Shown one piece after another: positions 31,266 to 41,681 of a stretch of 64,000 nucleotides of DNA (positions are counted from its first letter, which is position 1; the number at the start of each line of letters is the position of its first letter). The notes under the pieces are model-generated. The model was not told where the DNA came from and ran no database searches. It saw nothing but the letters and a program-made list of their open reading frames with translations. Origin of the DNA: Longimicrobiales bacterium (GTDB lineage Bacteria; Gemmatimonadota; Gemmatimonadetes; Longimicrobiales; Gaopeijiaceae); NCBI GenBank assembly GCA_965219445.1, contig CBDCNQ010000005.1:192001-256000 (forward strand), read 5' to 3'. Position numbers and translations under genes: made by a program.

Positions 31266-31315
31266 CTGAAGTCATAAGATGTGATGTAACATAGCGTTAT
31301 GATCTATGCTATAGC

Positions 31316-31345
31316 GGACTGGGCGGCCTACCTGGCCGGCGAGAC
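31316..31345 (+). pseudogene. Extreme C-terminus of another P4-like integrase
   Basis: GACTGGGCGGCCTACCTGGCCGGC = DWAAYLAG, matching the end of the 26461-27675 integrase. Confidence 0.6.
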
Positions 31346-31724
31346 TCTAAACCCGGAGGCCGAGCTGTTCTAGGTGGAACCCGTAGCACCCGGTCATCAT
31401 GCGGAGCAGGCTATGTACAGACTCACCGTCCGATACGCCCTTCTCTCCCACGATCCCGTCCGCCGCGGTAACGCCGCGTGGACGAACCGCATGGTCCATC
31501 TAGCGTTCGCTGCGGAAGGGCGGCAAGCGTCGTCCCGGCCGCGTCGACCCTAGATGTCAGCATCGAGCGCCGGGTGAACTCGAAACAGCAGGAATCCAGC
31601 TTGACGGACAGGTTCATCGAACTGAGGATTGTCTTCCCAATGGCTCCTGGCACCAACAGTACGTTAAGATGGCCACTCGGTTTCTAGATCAATCATGGTT
31701 CACTGGAAATAGAGTCGAAGCATC

Positions 31725-32447
31725 TTGGAAACTCACGAGCGTGGACTAGGGGCATTGATTGGCTTGCTGGCGGTTGCCAGCCTGTGCATTGGGGCAGGCG
31801 AAGCCCACGCGCAGTCCGTCTTCTTTGTGCGCCTGGCTCCCGAGGTAGGCCGGATTACGGTCGAACACACCAAGGAAGTAACCATCCAGGGGGGATCGAG
31901 TTCAAGCACATCGTCCTCTTCGGGCCTCGCCCTCGCTGGCAACCTCTCGGTCGGGCTACTCTTGGAGCTCCCGGGGAGCTGGCTTGTGGGCGGCGAGATC
32001 GAAAGTGCCGTCTCCAGCCGACGCAAGCTTGAGGGCACGATTTCTCCGACCCCGAACGGGAACGTTCACGATGTCTGGCCCGGCCAGTGGGACTTCAGCG
32101 ACCTGTACGGGGCGGGTGGCAACATCCTCTTCGGGCGCGGGCTAGGGGACGGTCGCTCGCGGGTCTACGTCTTCGGTGGAATTCGTCGAATGTGGACCGA
32201 GTTCGCTTCCGGATCGACGAATCCCGAGACCGGAACGGCCGGTGAAGACCGCGAGCGCCTCGCAAGATGGCCGTGGGCGATCGGCGCGGGTACGACGTTG
32301 CACCTGAAGTGGCCGCTGGACTTCCGGGTCCGCTACTCGCGCTCTCTCACCGACTGGATAGTCGTCGATGAGGGGGCACGGCTCGACTACAGGTACGCGG
32401 CGGACGGCGTTGTGTTTTTCTCTCTAGGGGTCCACGTCTTCGACTGA
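31725..32447 (+). CDS. Putative outer-membrane beta-barrel protein
   Basis: Signal peptide (AEAHA-like cleavage, GEAHAQ), alternating amphipathic strands, C-terminal LGVHVF. Confidence 0.55.
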   Translation: METHERGLGALIGLLAVASLCIGAGEAHAQSVFFVRLAPEVGRITVEHTKEVTIQGGSSSSTSSSSGLALAGNLSVGLLLELPGSWLVGGEIESAVSSRRKLEGTISPTPNGNVHDVWPGQWDFSDLYGAGGNILFGRGLGDGRSRVYVFGGIRRMWTEFASGSTNPETGTAGEDRERLARWPWAIGAGTTLHLKWPLDFRVRYSRSLTDWIVVDEGARLDYRYAADGVVFFSLGVHVFD

Positions 32448-32639
32448 CCACCCCGCCCCGATCCTGGATAGGCACACCTCTAGTGGGCATGGAGCCCGAG
32501 CATCCGACCCGTCCGGCTCATCCACCCAAGCGGCCCGCCGCGAGACCGCCCAGATCGGGCAGACCATCCGTCAGGCGGGTGATCCACGGGTTCGCGACAT
32601 GGCGCTCGAACCGGCTCCCGGAGGGTGGTCTTGAAGGCC

Positions 32640-32910
32640 GATCGGCGAGGGTCGGTGCTGATCGGCACGTGCACATCAGACAACGGGGTGCATGTGCACC
32701 GAAACGTCATTTTCATGTGCGCGCCAGCGCTCCCTTATGTGGCTGGCTGTCTTACAGTTGTACCACGGCCGCCGGAGCGGCGATGCCGATCCGGAGCTTG
32801 CGGCCGTGGACGGGAGCGACCCCCCCTTTGGGGATGCCTCGATCGGCATCGGGGAGGGTTGGCATGTGCACGCCCATGCCACCCTCCGCCGGGGGGTCGC
32901 TCCCAGCCAT
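32640..32910 (+). repeat. Structured ~270-nt element, copy A (candidate origin or ncRNA)
   Basis: Closing stem GGGAGCGACCCC...GGGGTCGCTCCC (32812-32904) enclosing two hairpins; near-identical to 56555-56830; preceded by a remnant of the wHTH-protein C-terminus (IHGFATWRSNRL). Confidence 0.8.
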
Positions 32911-32938
32911 GGATCCCTACGGACTGCCTAGGGCATTG

Positions 32939-32969
32939 ACGTAACTCATTTATTATGAATGAGTTACGT
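32939..32969. other. Perfect 12-bp inverted repeat with 7-bp spacer (recombination-site-like)
   Basis: ACGTAACTCATT-TATTATG-AATGAGTTACGT, followed by a tRNA-3'-like GGAGTTCGACCCCC...TCCACC. Confidence 0.6.
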
Positions 32970-33111
32970 ATTACTCTACGGAGTTCGACCCCCCATTATG
33001 TCCACCGATTTGAACCCGATTTCCTTGGCCTCTCTTGGCCGTCAACGGACAACGGCCGCGCGTCGGCCCCGGATCGCCAGATCGCCATGCCGTAGTGGCA
33101 CGCGGGCCGGC

Positions 33112-36100
33112 TCAAGGCAGAACCGCCTGATCACAGGCCAATCTGTACACCGTATCGGACATCCAGCGCTTGAAGTCGCGGTTGTCTTGAAACTGCTTGA
33201 ACAACTCCATGTCGTCCTTCATCAGCGCTGTCATGACTCGTTGTAGAGCCTTGCCGTGCTCGATGCGCACGTTTTGCTCGTCGGAGTTCGTCCGGGCGTT
33301 CTTGAAGGCGGTGTCGTCCGCTACCCGCGACGGAATGGTCTCGGTAATGAGTCTCCTTACGCGGTCGCCGTCCTGCCAGTCGATATCGCCGAATAGGTGG
33401 TTGAAGTCCTTGAGGATGTTCGAGAGCCAGTCCAGCTCAGGATCGGGCCGGTGGCCTCCATCGCCGGTCCCGGCTGGGTCGATCTCACCGTCTTCATCCG
33501 ACATGACGATCTTCTGCACCGCCAGCCTCTCGACCCGGTAACTGTCCATGTCGATCGCGTCGAGGATCCCCTTGGAGAGGTCATCTTCCACGGGGGCCGG
33601 GAGCTTCGCGATCAGGAAGTTGAGGAAGATCGAGCGCTTCTCCCAGCCGGCGTTCGTGAACGGCAGGATGCAGGAGAGAAAGGCGTATGTCCGCACGAAC
33701 GCCTTGGCCTTGCCCTTGAAGTCCACCTGCCGGTCCTCATCCAGCTCCTGAAGATAGACGGCGACGCAGGCGTCGAGGATCGGGTCGAGCTCGTCGCGAT
33801 CGGCGTCGCCGAGGTAGCGCTGCACGAAGTCGTGCAGCTGTCCCGGCGAGTAGACCTGCGCACTGTCCAGATCCGCCTGGAGGTCGTGCAGCTTGTTGGG
33901 GTCGGTCTCGTCGGCGAGGATCGTCGTGCGGTAGTAGTCGGTGAATGCGTAACGGATCGTCTCGGCATCGTTCAGGAAATCGAGCACGAAAACATCGTGC
34001 TTCTTTGGATGCGCGCGATTAAGGCGAGACAGTGTCTGCACCGCCTTGATTCCGGAAAGCGTCTTGTCCACGTACATCGTGTGGAGCAGCGGTTCGTCGT
34101 AGCCGGTCTGGAACTTGTCCGCGCAGATCAGGAACCGGTAGGGATCTTCCCGGAATTTGGTGGCGGTCTGGCCGTCCGGGAAGCCATTCAGTGATGTCTC
34201 GGTAACCTTCGCGACGCCATATTCGCGTTCGCCGGAGAAGGCCACGATGGCGTGGTACGGGCTCTTCCGCTCCTGCAGGTAGTCGCGGATGGCGTGGAAG
34301 TACTGGATCGCACGCTGAACGCCGTTGGTGACCACCATCGCGCGCGCCTGGCCCCCGATCTTGTGCTGGGCGAGGACCTGCTCGTGGAAGTGGTCGACCA
34401 TGATCTCGGCCTTGAGTCGGAGCGCGTGCTCGTGGCTCTCGACGAAGCGGCGCAGCTTCTTCTTCGCCTTCGTGGCGTCGAACTCCGGGTCGTCCTCTAT
34501 GGTCTTGGCGAGCCGGTAGTAGCTCTTGACCGGCGTGTAGTGCGCCAGCACGTCCAGGATGAACCCCTCCTGGATTGCCTGCTTCATCGTGTAGCTGTGG
34601 AACGCGTAGTGCCGGACCGAGCCATCGGGCTGCGGGTCCGGCTGGCCGAAGATCTCGAGTGTCTTGTTCTTGGGCGTCGCCGTGAAGGCGAAATAGCTGG
34701 CGTTGGGCAGCAGCTTCCTCGACTCCATCAGGCGGTTGATCCGATCCTCGAAGGTCTCTTCCTCGACCTCTTGGCCAGTCTCGGAGAGCACCTGCGACAT
34801 GGCCGCGCTGGTGCGACCGCCCTGGCTCGAGTGGGCCTCGTCAATGATGATCGCGAAGCGCCGTCTGCGTTGCTCGCTTCCGATCTCGTCCAGGATGAAG
34901 GGGAACTTCTGGACCGTCGAGATGATGATCTTCTTGCCGGACTCCAAGAACCTGCGAAGGTCGCCCGACCGGTTCGCGTGGCCCACCGTTGCGCTGACCT
35001 GCGCGTACTGCCGGATCGTGTCACGGATCTGCCGGTCGAGGATGCGCCGATCCGTAACCACAATGATCGAATCGACGAGCGGTGCGCCATCCTTCATGAG
35101 CCCGACCAGCTGGTGGGCGAGCCAGGCGATGGAGTAGCTCTTGCCGCTGCCGGCCGAGTGCTGAATCAGGTAACGCCTGCCCACGCCGTTTCCAGCGGCA
35201 TCGGCCAGCAGCCAACGCACGGCATCGATCTGGTGGTAGCGCGGCCAGATCTGCTTACGCTTCTTTCGGCCGGTCTTCTCGTCCTTCTCCTCCACCACCT
35301 GGGCGTAGTTCTCCAAGATGTTCGTCAGGCTCTCTCGGGTCAGTACCTCGCGCCACAGGTAGTCGGTCTTAATCCCGTTCGGGTTCGGCGGATTGCCCGC
35401 GCCGTCGTTCCAACCCCGGTTGAACGGCAGAAACCAGGACTTCTTGCCGGCGAGATGTGTACAGAAGCGCACCTCGTTGTCGTCCACAGCGAAGTGGGCC
35501 ACGCAGCGGCCGAGCTCGAACAACTTCTCGCGCGGATTGCGGTCCCTCTTGTATTGCTCCTCCGCATCGCCCACCGTCTGCTTCGTGAGGCGGTTCTTGA
35601 GCTCGAAGGTGAGAACCGGCAGGCCGTTGATGAAGAGCACGATGTCGAGTGAGCGCTGGGTCTCGTCGCGGCTGTAGCGGAGCTGCCGGACGGCGGTGAA
35701 GCGGTTCTGCTCAAAGCGTTCGCGCGCCTGCGGGTTCGCGGCCGAGGGCGTGCCGTAGAGCAGTGCCACGTCGTGCGGACCGTGCCTGACGCCATGACGC
35801 AGCACGTCGATAGTGCCGCGCTTGGAGACTTCGCCCTGTAGCCGGGCGAGGAACTGGCGCTGCGTCGGACCGTCCGCGTCCAGAGCCAGCGCTTCGGCCG
35901 CCTCCGGCTGGGTGTTCTGTAGGAAGGCTGCAAGCTGAACCCGGTCGACACAGAACTCGCGGTCGTAGTCATGGGGACTGCCGCAGCTCCAGCCCACGCC
36001 GCCGTAGCCGGGATGAGCCGCGCCCGCTGTACCGTTCCTCCCTGGGTCGCACGGATCGCCAGTGAGCGCTGTGCAGATCAGCCGTTCAAGGCCACGCTCG

Positions 36101-36120
36101 GATGTATCTGTGATCGCCAT
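33112..36120 (-). CDS. hsdR: Type I restriction endonuclease subunit R
   Basis: DIVLFINGLP..TFELKN nuclease motif, QHSAGSGKS, IIDEAHSSQ, FTATPK, KFQTGYDEP, QTLSRLNR. Confidence 0.95.
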   Translation of the reverse strand: MAITDTSERGLERLICTALTGDPCDPGRNGTAGAAHPGYGGVGWSCGSPHDYDREFCVDRVQLAAFLQNTQPEAAEALALDADGPTQRQFLARLQGEVSKRGTIDVLRHGVRHGPHDVALLYGTPSAANPQARERFEQNRFTAVRQLRYSRDETQRSLDIVLFINGLPVLTFELKNRLTKQTVGDAEEQYKRDRNPREKLFELGRCVAHFAVDDNEVRFCTHLAGKKSWFLPFNRGWNDGAGNPPNPNGIKTDYLWREVLTRESLTNILENYAQVVEEKDEKTGRKKRKQIWPRYHQIDAVRWLLADAAGNGVGRRYLIQHSAGSGKSYSIAWLAHQLVGLMKDGAPLVDSIIVVTDRRILDRQIRDTIRQYAQVSATVGHANRSGDLRRFLESGKKIIISTVQKFPFILDEIGSEQRRRRFAIIIDEAHSSQGGRTSAAMSQVLSETGQEVEEETFEDRINRLMESRKLLPNASYFAFTATPKNKTLEIFGQPDPQPDGSVRHYAFHSYTMKQAIQEGFILDVLAHYTPVKSYYRLAKTIEDDPEFDATKAKKKLRRFVESHEHALRLKAEIMVDHFHEQVLAQHKIGGQARAMVVTNGVQRAIQYFHAIRDYLQERKSPYHAIVAFSGEREYGVAKVTETSLNGFPDGQTATKFREDPYRFLICADKFQTGYDEPLLHTMYVDKTLSGIKAVQTLSRLNRAHPKKHDVFVLDFLNDAETIRYAFTDYYRTTILADETDPNKLHDLQADLDSAQVYSPGQLHDFVQRYLGDADRDELDPILDACVAVYLQELDEDRQVDFKGKAKAFVRTYAFLSCILPFTNAGWEKRSIFLNFLIAKLPAPVEDDLSKGILDAIDMDSYRVERLAVQKIVMSDEDGEIDPAGTGDGGHRPDPELDWLSNILKDFNHLFGDIDWQDGDRVRRLITETIPSRVADDTAFKNARTNSDEQNVRIEHGKALQRVMTALMKDDMELFKQFQDNRDFKRWMSDTVYRLACDQAVLP

Positions 36121-36132
36121 AGACGCTCGCCG

Positions 36133-36450
36133 TCAGATCGGCACCTCCGTGTACTCTCCTGGTTCCATCCGATCGACAGCGGCCCGAATGTCGGCAACAC
36201 GGCGTTGGATGCGCGGCCATGACGCGGCCAGCAATACCACAATCGCTAGCCGTCTCCCAGATAGGTTCTGTTGATGACGGAGATGCTGGTCCGTCGTTAC
36301 CAGCAGCTGGTACCCATCCTTCTCCGCCCGGTCGAGCAACGCACCGTTGTCCAGGCCCGACCAGCCGCGTCCGAAAACAGTATCCACGTCATGTCCGGCC
36401 AGATCCCTGCCCAGCGGCACCGGTACCCCTTGATCGAACAGTATTCTCAA
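36133..36450 (-). CDS. DUF5615/PIN-like putative toxin
   Basis: ILFDQGVP, GWSGLDNGALL, LLVTTD, HQQNL. Confidence 0.8.
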   Translation of the reverse strand: MRILFDQGVPVPLGRDLAGHDVDTVFGRGWSGLDNGALLDRAEKDGYQLLVTTDQHLRHQQNLSGRRLAIVVLLAASWPRIQRRVADIRAAVDRMEPGEYTEVPI

Positions 36451-36671
36451 GGCACCGAGTCCTTAAGATCCCGGGTCTCGTGGTCGAGAACGCTCTCGAC
36501 CTGCCGACGCTCCACGCCGGGAAACCAGCTTAGGAACTGGTCGACCGTGGCACCGTCCCTGAGGTTCTCAAACAATGAGGCTACGGGTACTCGCGTGCCC
36601 TCAAACACCCAGGCTCCGCTGACCTTCGCCGGGTCCTGCTCAACAGCAGGACAAGTCTTCCAGACGCTCAT
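36447..36671 (-). CDS. DUF433 putative antitoxin
   Basis: DPAKVSGAWVFEGTRVPV..LFENL..G..VDQFL..FP. Confidence 0.88.
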   Translation of the reverse strand: MSVWKTCPAVEQDPAKVSGAWVFEGTRVPVASLFENLRDGATVDQFLSWFPGVERRQVESVLDHETRDLKDSVP

Positions 36672-38119
36672 ATGATCACCTCCGTTCTGGACTCCAGGTC
36701 CTCAAGAGCCGAATCCACTTCAGGATCTTCCGGATCGTCCACGTCGTCTCCTGCCAACGGATCCACCTTCGGCAGGCCGGCCGCCGCACCGCGCACATCG
36801 AGCTTGCCGGTGACGACGTCGGCGATCAGGCGAGCGCGGTATTCGCGGAATAGTTCGATCTGGTCGTAGGCGCGGTCGATGGCAGAGTCAGCGTTTGCGG
36901 TCGCCTTGTCGAGATACCGCACGATGGCGGTTTGCTCTCCAGAGGGGGGCCAACCCAGCGAGATATTGCCGACGGTGTCTGTGTTGAGATTGAGCTGGGT
37001 TCCAAGCTTTCCAAGCCGAGCGAAGGGAGTGCCCGCCGCGAAGACCCGACAGAGAAACTCGACGTCGCCGATGAACCTTGGGAAGTAGACGAACCCGTCG
37101 TGGATACAGCACCTGATGCGGGTGATCATCGGTTTCCCCACCGATCCAGCGATGCTCAGGAACAGTGCGCCTGGTTCGAGCGGCACGCTCAGCGACTGCC
37201 CGAGGACGGAGAGCCGCTGTGTGGTTCGCTCAAGATAGCGACTGCTGGCTGTTACGTCGGCGATGCGCACCCACGCGTACTGGCCATCGTCATCAAAGTA
37301 CTTCGGATCGGCAATGGGCCTGGGTGATGCACCGCGTTTAACCAGAGACAAGCTCTTCACCCGCCGTATTTCCCAATGCTCCGGCACCTGTCCCAGCCAT
37401 TCGACACTGGAGTCCTTGTAGGCTGGGTAAGGCTGGCCAGTGCGGACATCGACCTGGCCCGTGACGGCCTGGTGGATGATGGTTTGCTTATACTCCTCTA
37501 GAAGCGCGATCAGCTTCTCTTTAGTTCGGATGTAGTGCCGGATCCGTCGGTCACAGTAGTCGAGGAAGCGAACGATGGCGGTTTGTTCGGGAAAGGGCGG
37601 AAGCGCCAAGCTCAAACGCTTGAGTTGGTGGCCGTAGACGTGCATTACGGTAATCCCCCGGCCCATGGTCGCCTTTTGAATTCTTGACGGAAGGCAATCG
37701 GTCGCATATCCAATGTATCTAGCATCGACCTCCCGACTTGGCCGAAATATGATGACGTCTCCTCCGCAGCAGGCTTCGGACGGTATCAGATTGGCTGCAG
37801 ATTTGCCTATTTCGTCAATCGTCTCACCTGACGCGGCGAACAGCACATCACCAAATCTGATTGAAGTATAGTCCTTGACTTTTTCTTTCGAAACAAAGGA
37901 TCTAGCCTGCAGAACAACAAACTCGTGTGTCGTGTATAGGTCTCCGTAACGTACGCACGGAATTCCAGATGATGCTTCGTCATCTTTGGTGCCACCATTA
38001 CCCTTGAGGAATTTTCCGAATCGGCCTAGACGTGTTACTTCCCAGTGCGCCGGCACCTGCCCAAGCCACTCGACATCGGATCGCTTCATCTCCGAATAGG
38101 AACTGAGATTCGTAATCAC
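36668..38119 (-). CDS. hsdS: Type I RM specificity subunit S
   Basis: Two repeats of S.VEWLGQVP.HWE and PP..EQTAIVR.LD; two TRDs; VTGKLDVR. Confidence 0.93.
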   Translation of the reverse strand: MITNLSSYSEMKRSDVEWLGQVPAHWEVTRLGRFGKFLKGNGGTKDDEASSGIPCVRYGDLYTTHEFVVLQARSFVSKEKVKDYTSIRFGDVLFAASGETIDEIGKSAANLIPSEACCGGDVIIFRPSREVDARYIGYATDCLPSRIQKATMGRGITVMHVYGHQLKRLSLALPPFPEQTAIVRFLDYCDRRIRHYIRTKEKLIALLEEYKQTIIHQAVTGQVDVRTGQPYPAYKDSSVEWLGQVPEHWEIRRVKSLSLVKRGASPRPIADPKYFDDDGQYAWVRIADVTASSRYLERTTQRLSVLGQSLSVPLEPGALFLSIAGSVGKPMITRIRCCIHDGFVYFPRFIGDVEFLCRVFAAGTPFARLGKLGTQLNLNTDTVGNISLGWPPSGEQTAIVRYLDKATANADSAIDRAYDQIELFREYRARLIADVVTGKLDVRGAAAGLPKVDPLAGDDVDDPEDPEVDSALEDLESRTEVII

Positions 38120-38922
38120 TGATACTTGCTCGGTGCCGTGGATACGCAGTCGTCGAGCTTCCGATGGAGTAATGAGACAAGAGACAGATAGTCTGCAGCA
38201 TCATCTTCGCCTTCCCAGAGAATCTTAGGCTCATGGGCCAATGGATTGCGAACCGCTCCAAAGCAACCCCTTAGCAATGCTGCAAATCCCTTATGTTCAG
38301 ATTTCTCCGTTTCGGTCTGCAGCGTGTTAATTGCGAGCATAGGTTTGCTGATGGAGAAGACACGATCAATTAAGGCTGCTCCGTCCGCTTCGATGCCGAC
38401 CATTTCGCGGATCCTCTGAGCCAATCCCTTGGTGGCCTCGAAGACTGCGTGAAAATAATTTTCCTGCATCAGCTCGGTTCGACAGTACTTGAGTACTTCG
38501 GGGTGTAAGCGCCGACCTTGAAATTTCCCTCGGATCGTCTGGTATCGTCGCTCCGCTTCATCGAGCGTCCGTGCGGCCTGTCGTGGTCTGAAGTTGCCGT
38601 CTTCACCAAACTCCAATCCCGAGAATGCGAGAACCGTATTCACTTCGCTCCGATGTTTCTCAAACGCCTCTTTATTTCCGGTGAAACGCGCAGGAGTTAG
38701 AAATGCCTTAATGAAATCTAGCACCCGATTGGCACACTTGTCTCGTTGCTGCACATCGAGGAATATCCAATAAAGTCGACGCCATTTGGTGGATTCTCCC
38801 GAGCCATCGGTCAGTGCCCTGTCCTGCAGCACGCGCGTGATATCGGTGCCCGTTCCGCACTCGCCCAGTACTCTAGCCAACCCTTCAATCTGACCTTCTG
38901 TGAAGCAGGCAACTTTGCTCAT
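38116..38922 (-). CDS. TIGR02391-family protein (HEPN-like RxxxxH)
   Basis: LHPEVLKYCR.EL...NYFHAVFEATK, DG..L...F, SEHKGF, RNPLAH; ATGA-coupled to the hsdM stop. Confidence 0.85.
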   Translation of the reverse strand: MSKVACFTEGQIEGLARVLGECGTGTDITRVLQDRALTDGSGESTKWRRLYWIFLDVQQRDKCANRVLDFIKAFLTPARFTGNKEAFEKHRSEVNTVLAFSGLEFGEDGNFRPRQAARTLDEAERRYQTIRGKFQGRRLHPEVLKYCRTELMQENYFHAVFEATKGLAQRIREMVGIEADGAALIDRVFSISKPMLAINTLQTETEKSEHKGFAALLRGCFGAVRNPLAHEPKILWEGEDDAADYLSLVSLLHRKLDDCVSTAPSKYQ

Positions 38923-39700
38923 GAGGAGTTCCAATCAATGATCTCGCCCAAGAGGCCCTCGGTATCCCGCTCCAAGGCAAGGATGTCACCCCGGATCTCC
39001 CCCAGCGTCCGGATCGGGTTCGGCTTGTAGAAGTGGCGGGTGAAGCTGATCTCGTACCCGATCTTGACGCTGGCGGCCTGGTACCATGCGTCCGCGGCAT
39101 AGGGCAGCACCTCGCGACGCAGGAACGCCTCGATGCCTCCCTCGTCCTGTAGCGGGATCTGCTCGGTGTCGCGTAGCATGGTGTCCGGCTCGTACTCGAC
39201 GACGGCAGGGCTGCCGTTCAGGGGTGCCGCGAACAGGCCGCGCAGCGGATCAGGTTCCATACCCCGTTTGTGGACCCTCTTGATGACCGGCGGTGCAGTC
39301 TCGCTCCTCTTGCCGTTCTCCTTGAGTTTCTTGATCTGGGCAGCCTTGTAGAGTCGGTTCGGATCGACGCCCTCGATGCGGAGTGGACGCTCTACCGTCA
39401 CCTTCCAATAGCCGAAAGCGGTGTTGTCGAAGATCTTGCTATGCTCGGTTTCCTCGAAGGCGAGGAACGTGTCGCAGATGCGGACAATGTCCTCTTCGCC
39501 GAGTTCGCAGTTCTTCTTGCCCAAGTTCTTGCGGAGTGGCTGGTACCACGCGGTGGCGTCAATCAGCTGCACTTTGGCCCTGCGGTGCTCGGGCTTGCGG
39601 TTGGTCAGCACCCAGATGTAGGTCGCGATCCCGGTGTTGTAGAACATGTTGAGCGGAAGCGCGACAATCGCCTCCAGCCAGTCGTTCTCGATGATCCAGC
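38919..39700 (-). pseudogene. hsdM: Type I RM methyltransferase, C-terminal part only (interrupted at ~39700)
   Basis: RWIIENDWLEAIVALPLNMFYNTGIATYIW...KNLGKKN...GYEISFTRHFY; upstream sequence is the ICE end; SAM-binding and NPPY motifs absent. Confidence 0.9.
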
Positions 39701-39789
39701 ATCCGCTTTCGGATTCGGATCTGTTGTGATCATTGAACTTACGAGATTTACCGGTCGGATTCCCGCTGTTTGATTCCCGCCAATTGGGC

Positions 39790-40953
39790 TCAGGTCCGAA
39801 CTCTCCGGCGGTTTGCGAGCGCCGCCCTGAGTTGTCCCTCGTCCGCCCGCTGATAACACTGGAGGACGGTCTTGGCCGTCTTCCATCCGCCGAGTTCGCA
39901 GAGGACCTTGAGGGGCTGGTCCATGAGATCGGACGCGAACTTGCGCCTCAGCGAGTGCCAGCCCCGTCCGCGTTTCGGCTCCAGACCTGCGAGCCCTTCG
40001 GCCCTCTTCCACCAACCGCGGGAGATCCAGGAGCCGACACTCACCGAGGGGTCCCTCGACGAGGGCAACACCGGAGCGCTGCCGGTCACGGGGTTCCGCC
40101 CCCGCGCCGACTCCAAGGCTGCGATTGCTTCAGCGGTCACCGGCGTTCGGTGCTCGTAGCCGGTCTTCTCGTGCTCGCTGCGCCACCGGATGGTTTCGCG
40201 TGCCAAGTCGATGTCGGACCACCGGAGCTTGCGGATGGCTCCGATGCGGTGTCCGGTCTCGTGCGCGAGCACGAGCGCGAGATGGAACCGCCAATCCACC
40301 TCTTGGGACACCTTCAGAAGCGCTTGGTACTCGTGTTCGGAAAGAACGACCCGGGTGGGGTTCTTCTCCATGGGCATCTTCAGGCCCCTGAGCGGGTTCG
40401 ACTCGAGGAGCAGGCGGCCCCGCTCGTCCCTCGACCTCGAGGCCCAGTTGAGGACCGAGATCAGGTACCTCAGGTCGTATTCGATCATCCGATCCGACAC
40501 GGGCCTCCCGCTGGGGCCTACGCTTCCCGCCCTGCGCGCCCGGATGAACCGGTCCCAGTCGCGCTGCGACAAGGTCGCCGGGTCGCGGCTCCTTCCCAGG
40601 AACCCGAGGAACATCTTCGCCGCGGTCCGGTCGTGCTGCCGCGAACTCAGGCCCTTGGTGGGCGTCACCTCTTCACCGTAGATGTCAAAAAGCGTTCCCA
40701 GGGTGAGCGGCTCGGGCTCGGCGTTCTTCTTGCCGTTCAGCTCCGGTCCGGCGAACCCGGCGGCGAACTCGTCCGCCTGCCTCCTCGCCTGCCTCCAGTC
40801 GCGGTGCTTCAGCGACCTGGTGAGCCTGCGCCCGTTGTCGCGCCACTCGATCTGGTACAAGCCGGTCTTGGGATCGGGGAACACCCTCACCCGGTTCCGG
40901 CCCCATTCGCCGGCGCTGTAGCCGCGCCGGACTCGTTTCGTGCGTGCCATCAT
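39790..40953 (-). CDS. Tyrosine recombinase/integrase
   Basis: ETGHRIGAIRKLRWSDID, EKTG, WHSLRRKFA, LGGWK, LQCY; start re-called at ATG 40953. Confidence 0.9.
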   Translation of the reverse strand: MMARTKRVRRGYSAGEWGRNRVRVFPDPKTGLYQIEWRDNGRRLTRSLKHRDWRQARRQADEFAAGFAGPELNGKKNAEPEPLTLGTLFDIYGEEVTPTKGLSSRQHDRTAAKMFLGFLGRSRDPATLSQRDWDRFIRARRAGSVGPSGRPVSDRMIEYDLRYLISVLNWASRSRDERGRLLLESNPLRGLKMPMEKNPTRVVLSEHEYQALLKVSQEVDWRFHLALVLAHETGHRIGAIRKLRWSDIDLARETIRWRSEHEKTGYEHRTPVTAEAIAALESARGRNPVTGSAPVLPSSRDPSVSVGSWISRGWWKRAEGLAGLEPKRGRGWHSLRRKFASDLMDQPLKVLCELGGWKTAKTVLQCYQRADEGQLRAALANRRRVRT

Positions 40954-41339
40954 TCGATTCCTTTTTCGATGATGGACTGCACGATCTGCGCGTTTGAAAC
41001 GTCGCGTCGGCGGGGCTTCTCCGCCAGTCGCGGCTCCGTTGGCGCGTGAGCCTTCCGTGGCAGGTGCCCGCGGGCGATCCTCGGTGCGCCGGGGCGTCCG
41101 GCGTTGGGGATCCGGCCGTCGCGGACCAGGCGGCCGAGATGGTCGGCGGAGTAGCCGCTCTCCGTGGCCGCCTCGACGAGCGAGAAGGTGGTCTCGTCCC
41201 TTTCGACGAGCGTGGCTTCGAGTTCGGCGGCGCAGCTTTCGAGCGCGGTGGCCGGAGTCTCGCCCCCGTAGCGCCGGAGCGCCTTGGCGTGCCTGCGCCA
41301 GTTGGCGGGCAGTGTCTCGACGGAGGTTCGCTCTCTCAT
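40950..41339 (-). CDS. Excisionase-like helix-turn-helix protein
   Basis: FSLVEAATESGYSADHLGRLVRDGRIP; translationally coupled to the integrase. Confidence 0.7.
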   Translation of the reverse strand: MRERTSVETLPANWRRHAKALRRYGGETPATALESCAAELEATLVERDETTFSLVEAATESGYSADHLGRLVRDGRIPNAGRPGAPRIARGHLPRKAHAPTEPRLAEKPRRRDVSNAQIVQSIIEKGIE

Positions 41340-41345
41340 GCGCGT

Positions 41346-41660
41346 TCACTCCCAGTCGCCTTCGGCGTTCCTGCGGAGCGCTTCGGTGAGGCCCGTATCC
41401 CCCTCGCCGCGCCGGACGGACCGTTCGGCGAGATCGACGCGCCGCCCGAGGTCGGCGAGCCCGGTGGCGCGGGCGACGGCGTAGATGGCGGCCGCGACGG
41501 TTGCGAGCGCGAACGCGAGGTGAAGGGAGAGCAGGACGCCGTAATCGGCGAGGATGGCCGGCCAGAACGGCGACAGGTATTCGAGGCGCGGCCCGGCGAG
41601 GATCATGGCCGAACCGGCGATTGCGGCGGTAAGTCCCGCGCTGATCTTCCAGGGTTGCAT
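41346..41660 (-). CDS. Small 2-TM membrane protein
   Basis: Two hydrophobic segments; lies in the ICE operon. Confidence 0.6.
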   Translation of the reverse strand: MQPWKISAGLTAAIAGSAMILAGPRLEYLSPFWPAILADYGVLLSLHLAFALATVAAAIYAVARATGLADLGRRVDLAERSVRRGEGDTGLTEALRRNAEGDWE

Positions 41661-41681
41661 GGGCTGAAGTCCTCCGGGTCG

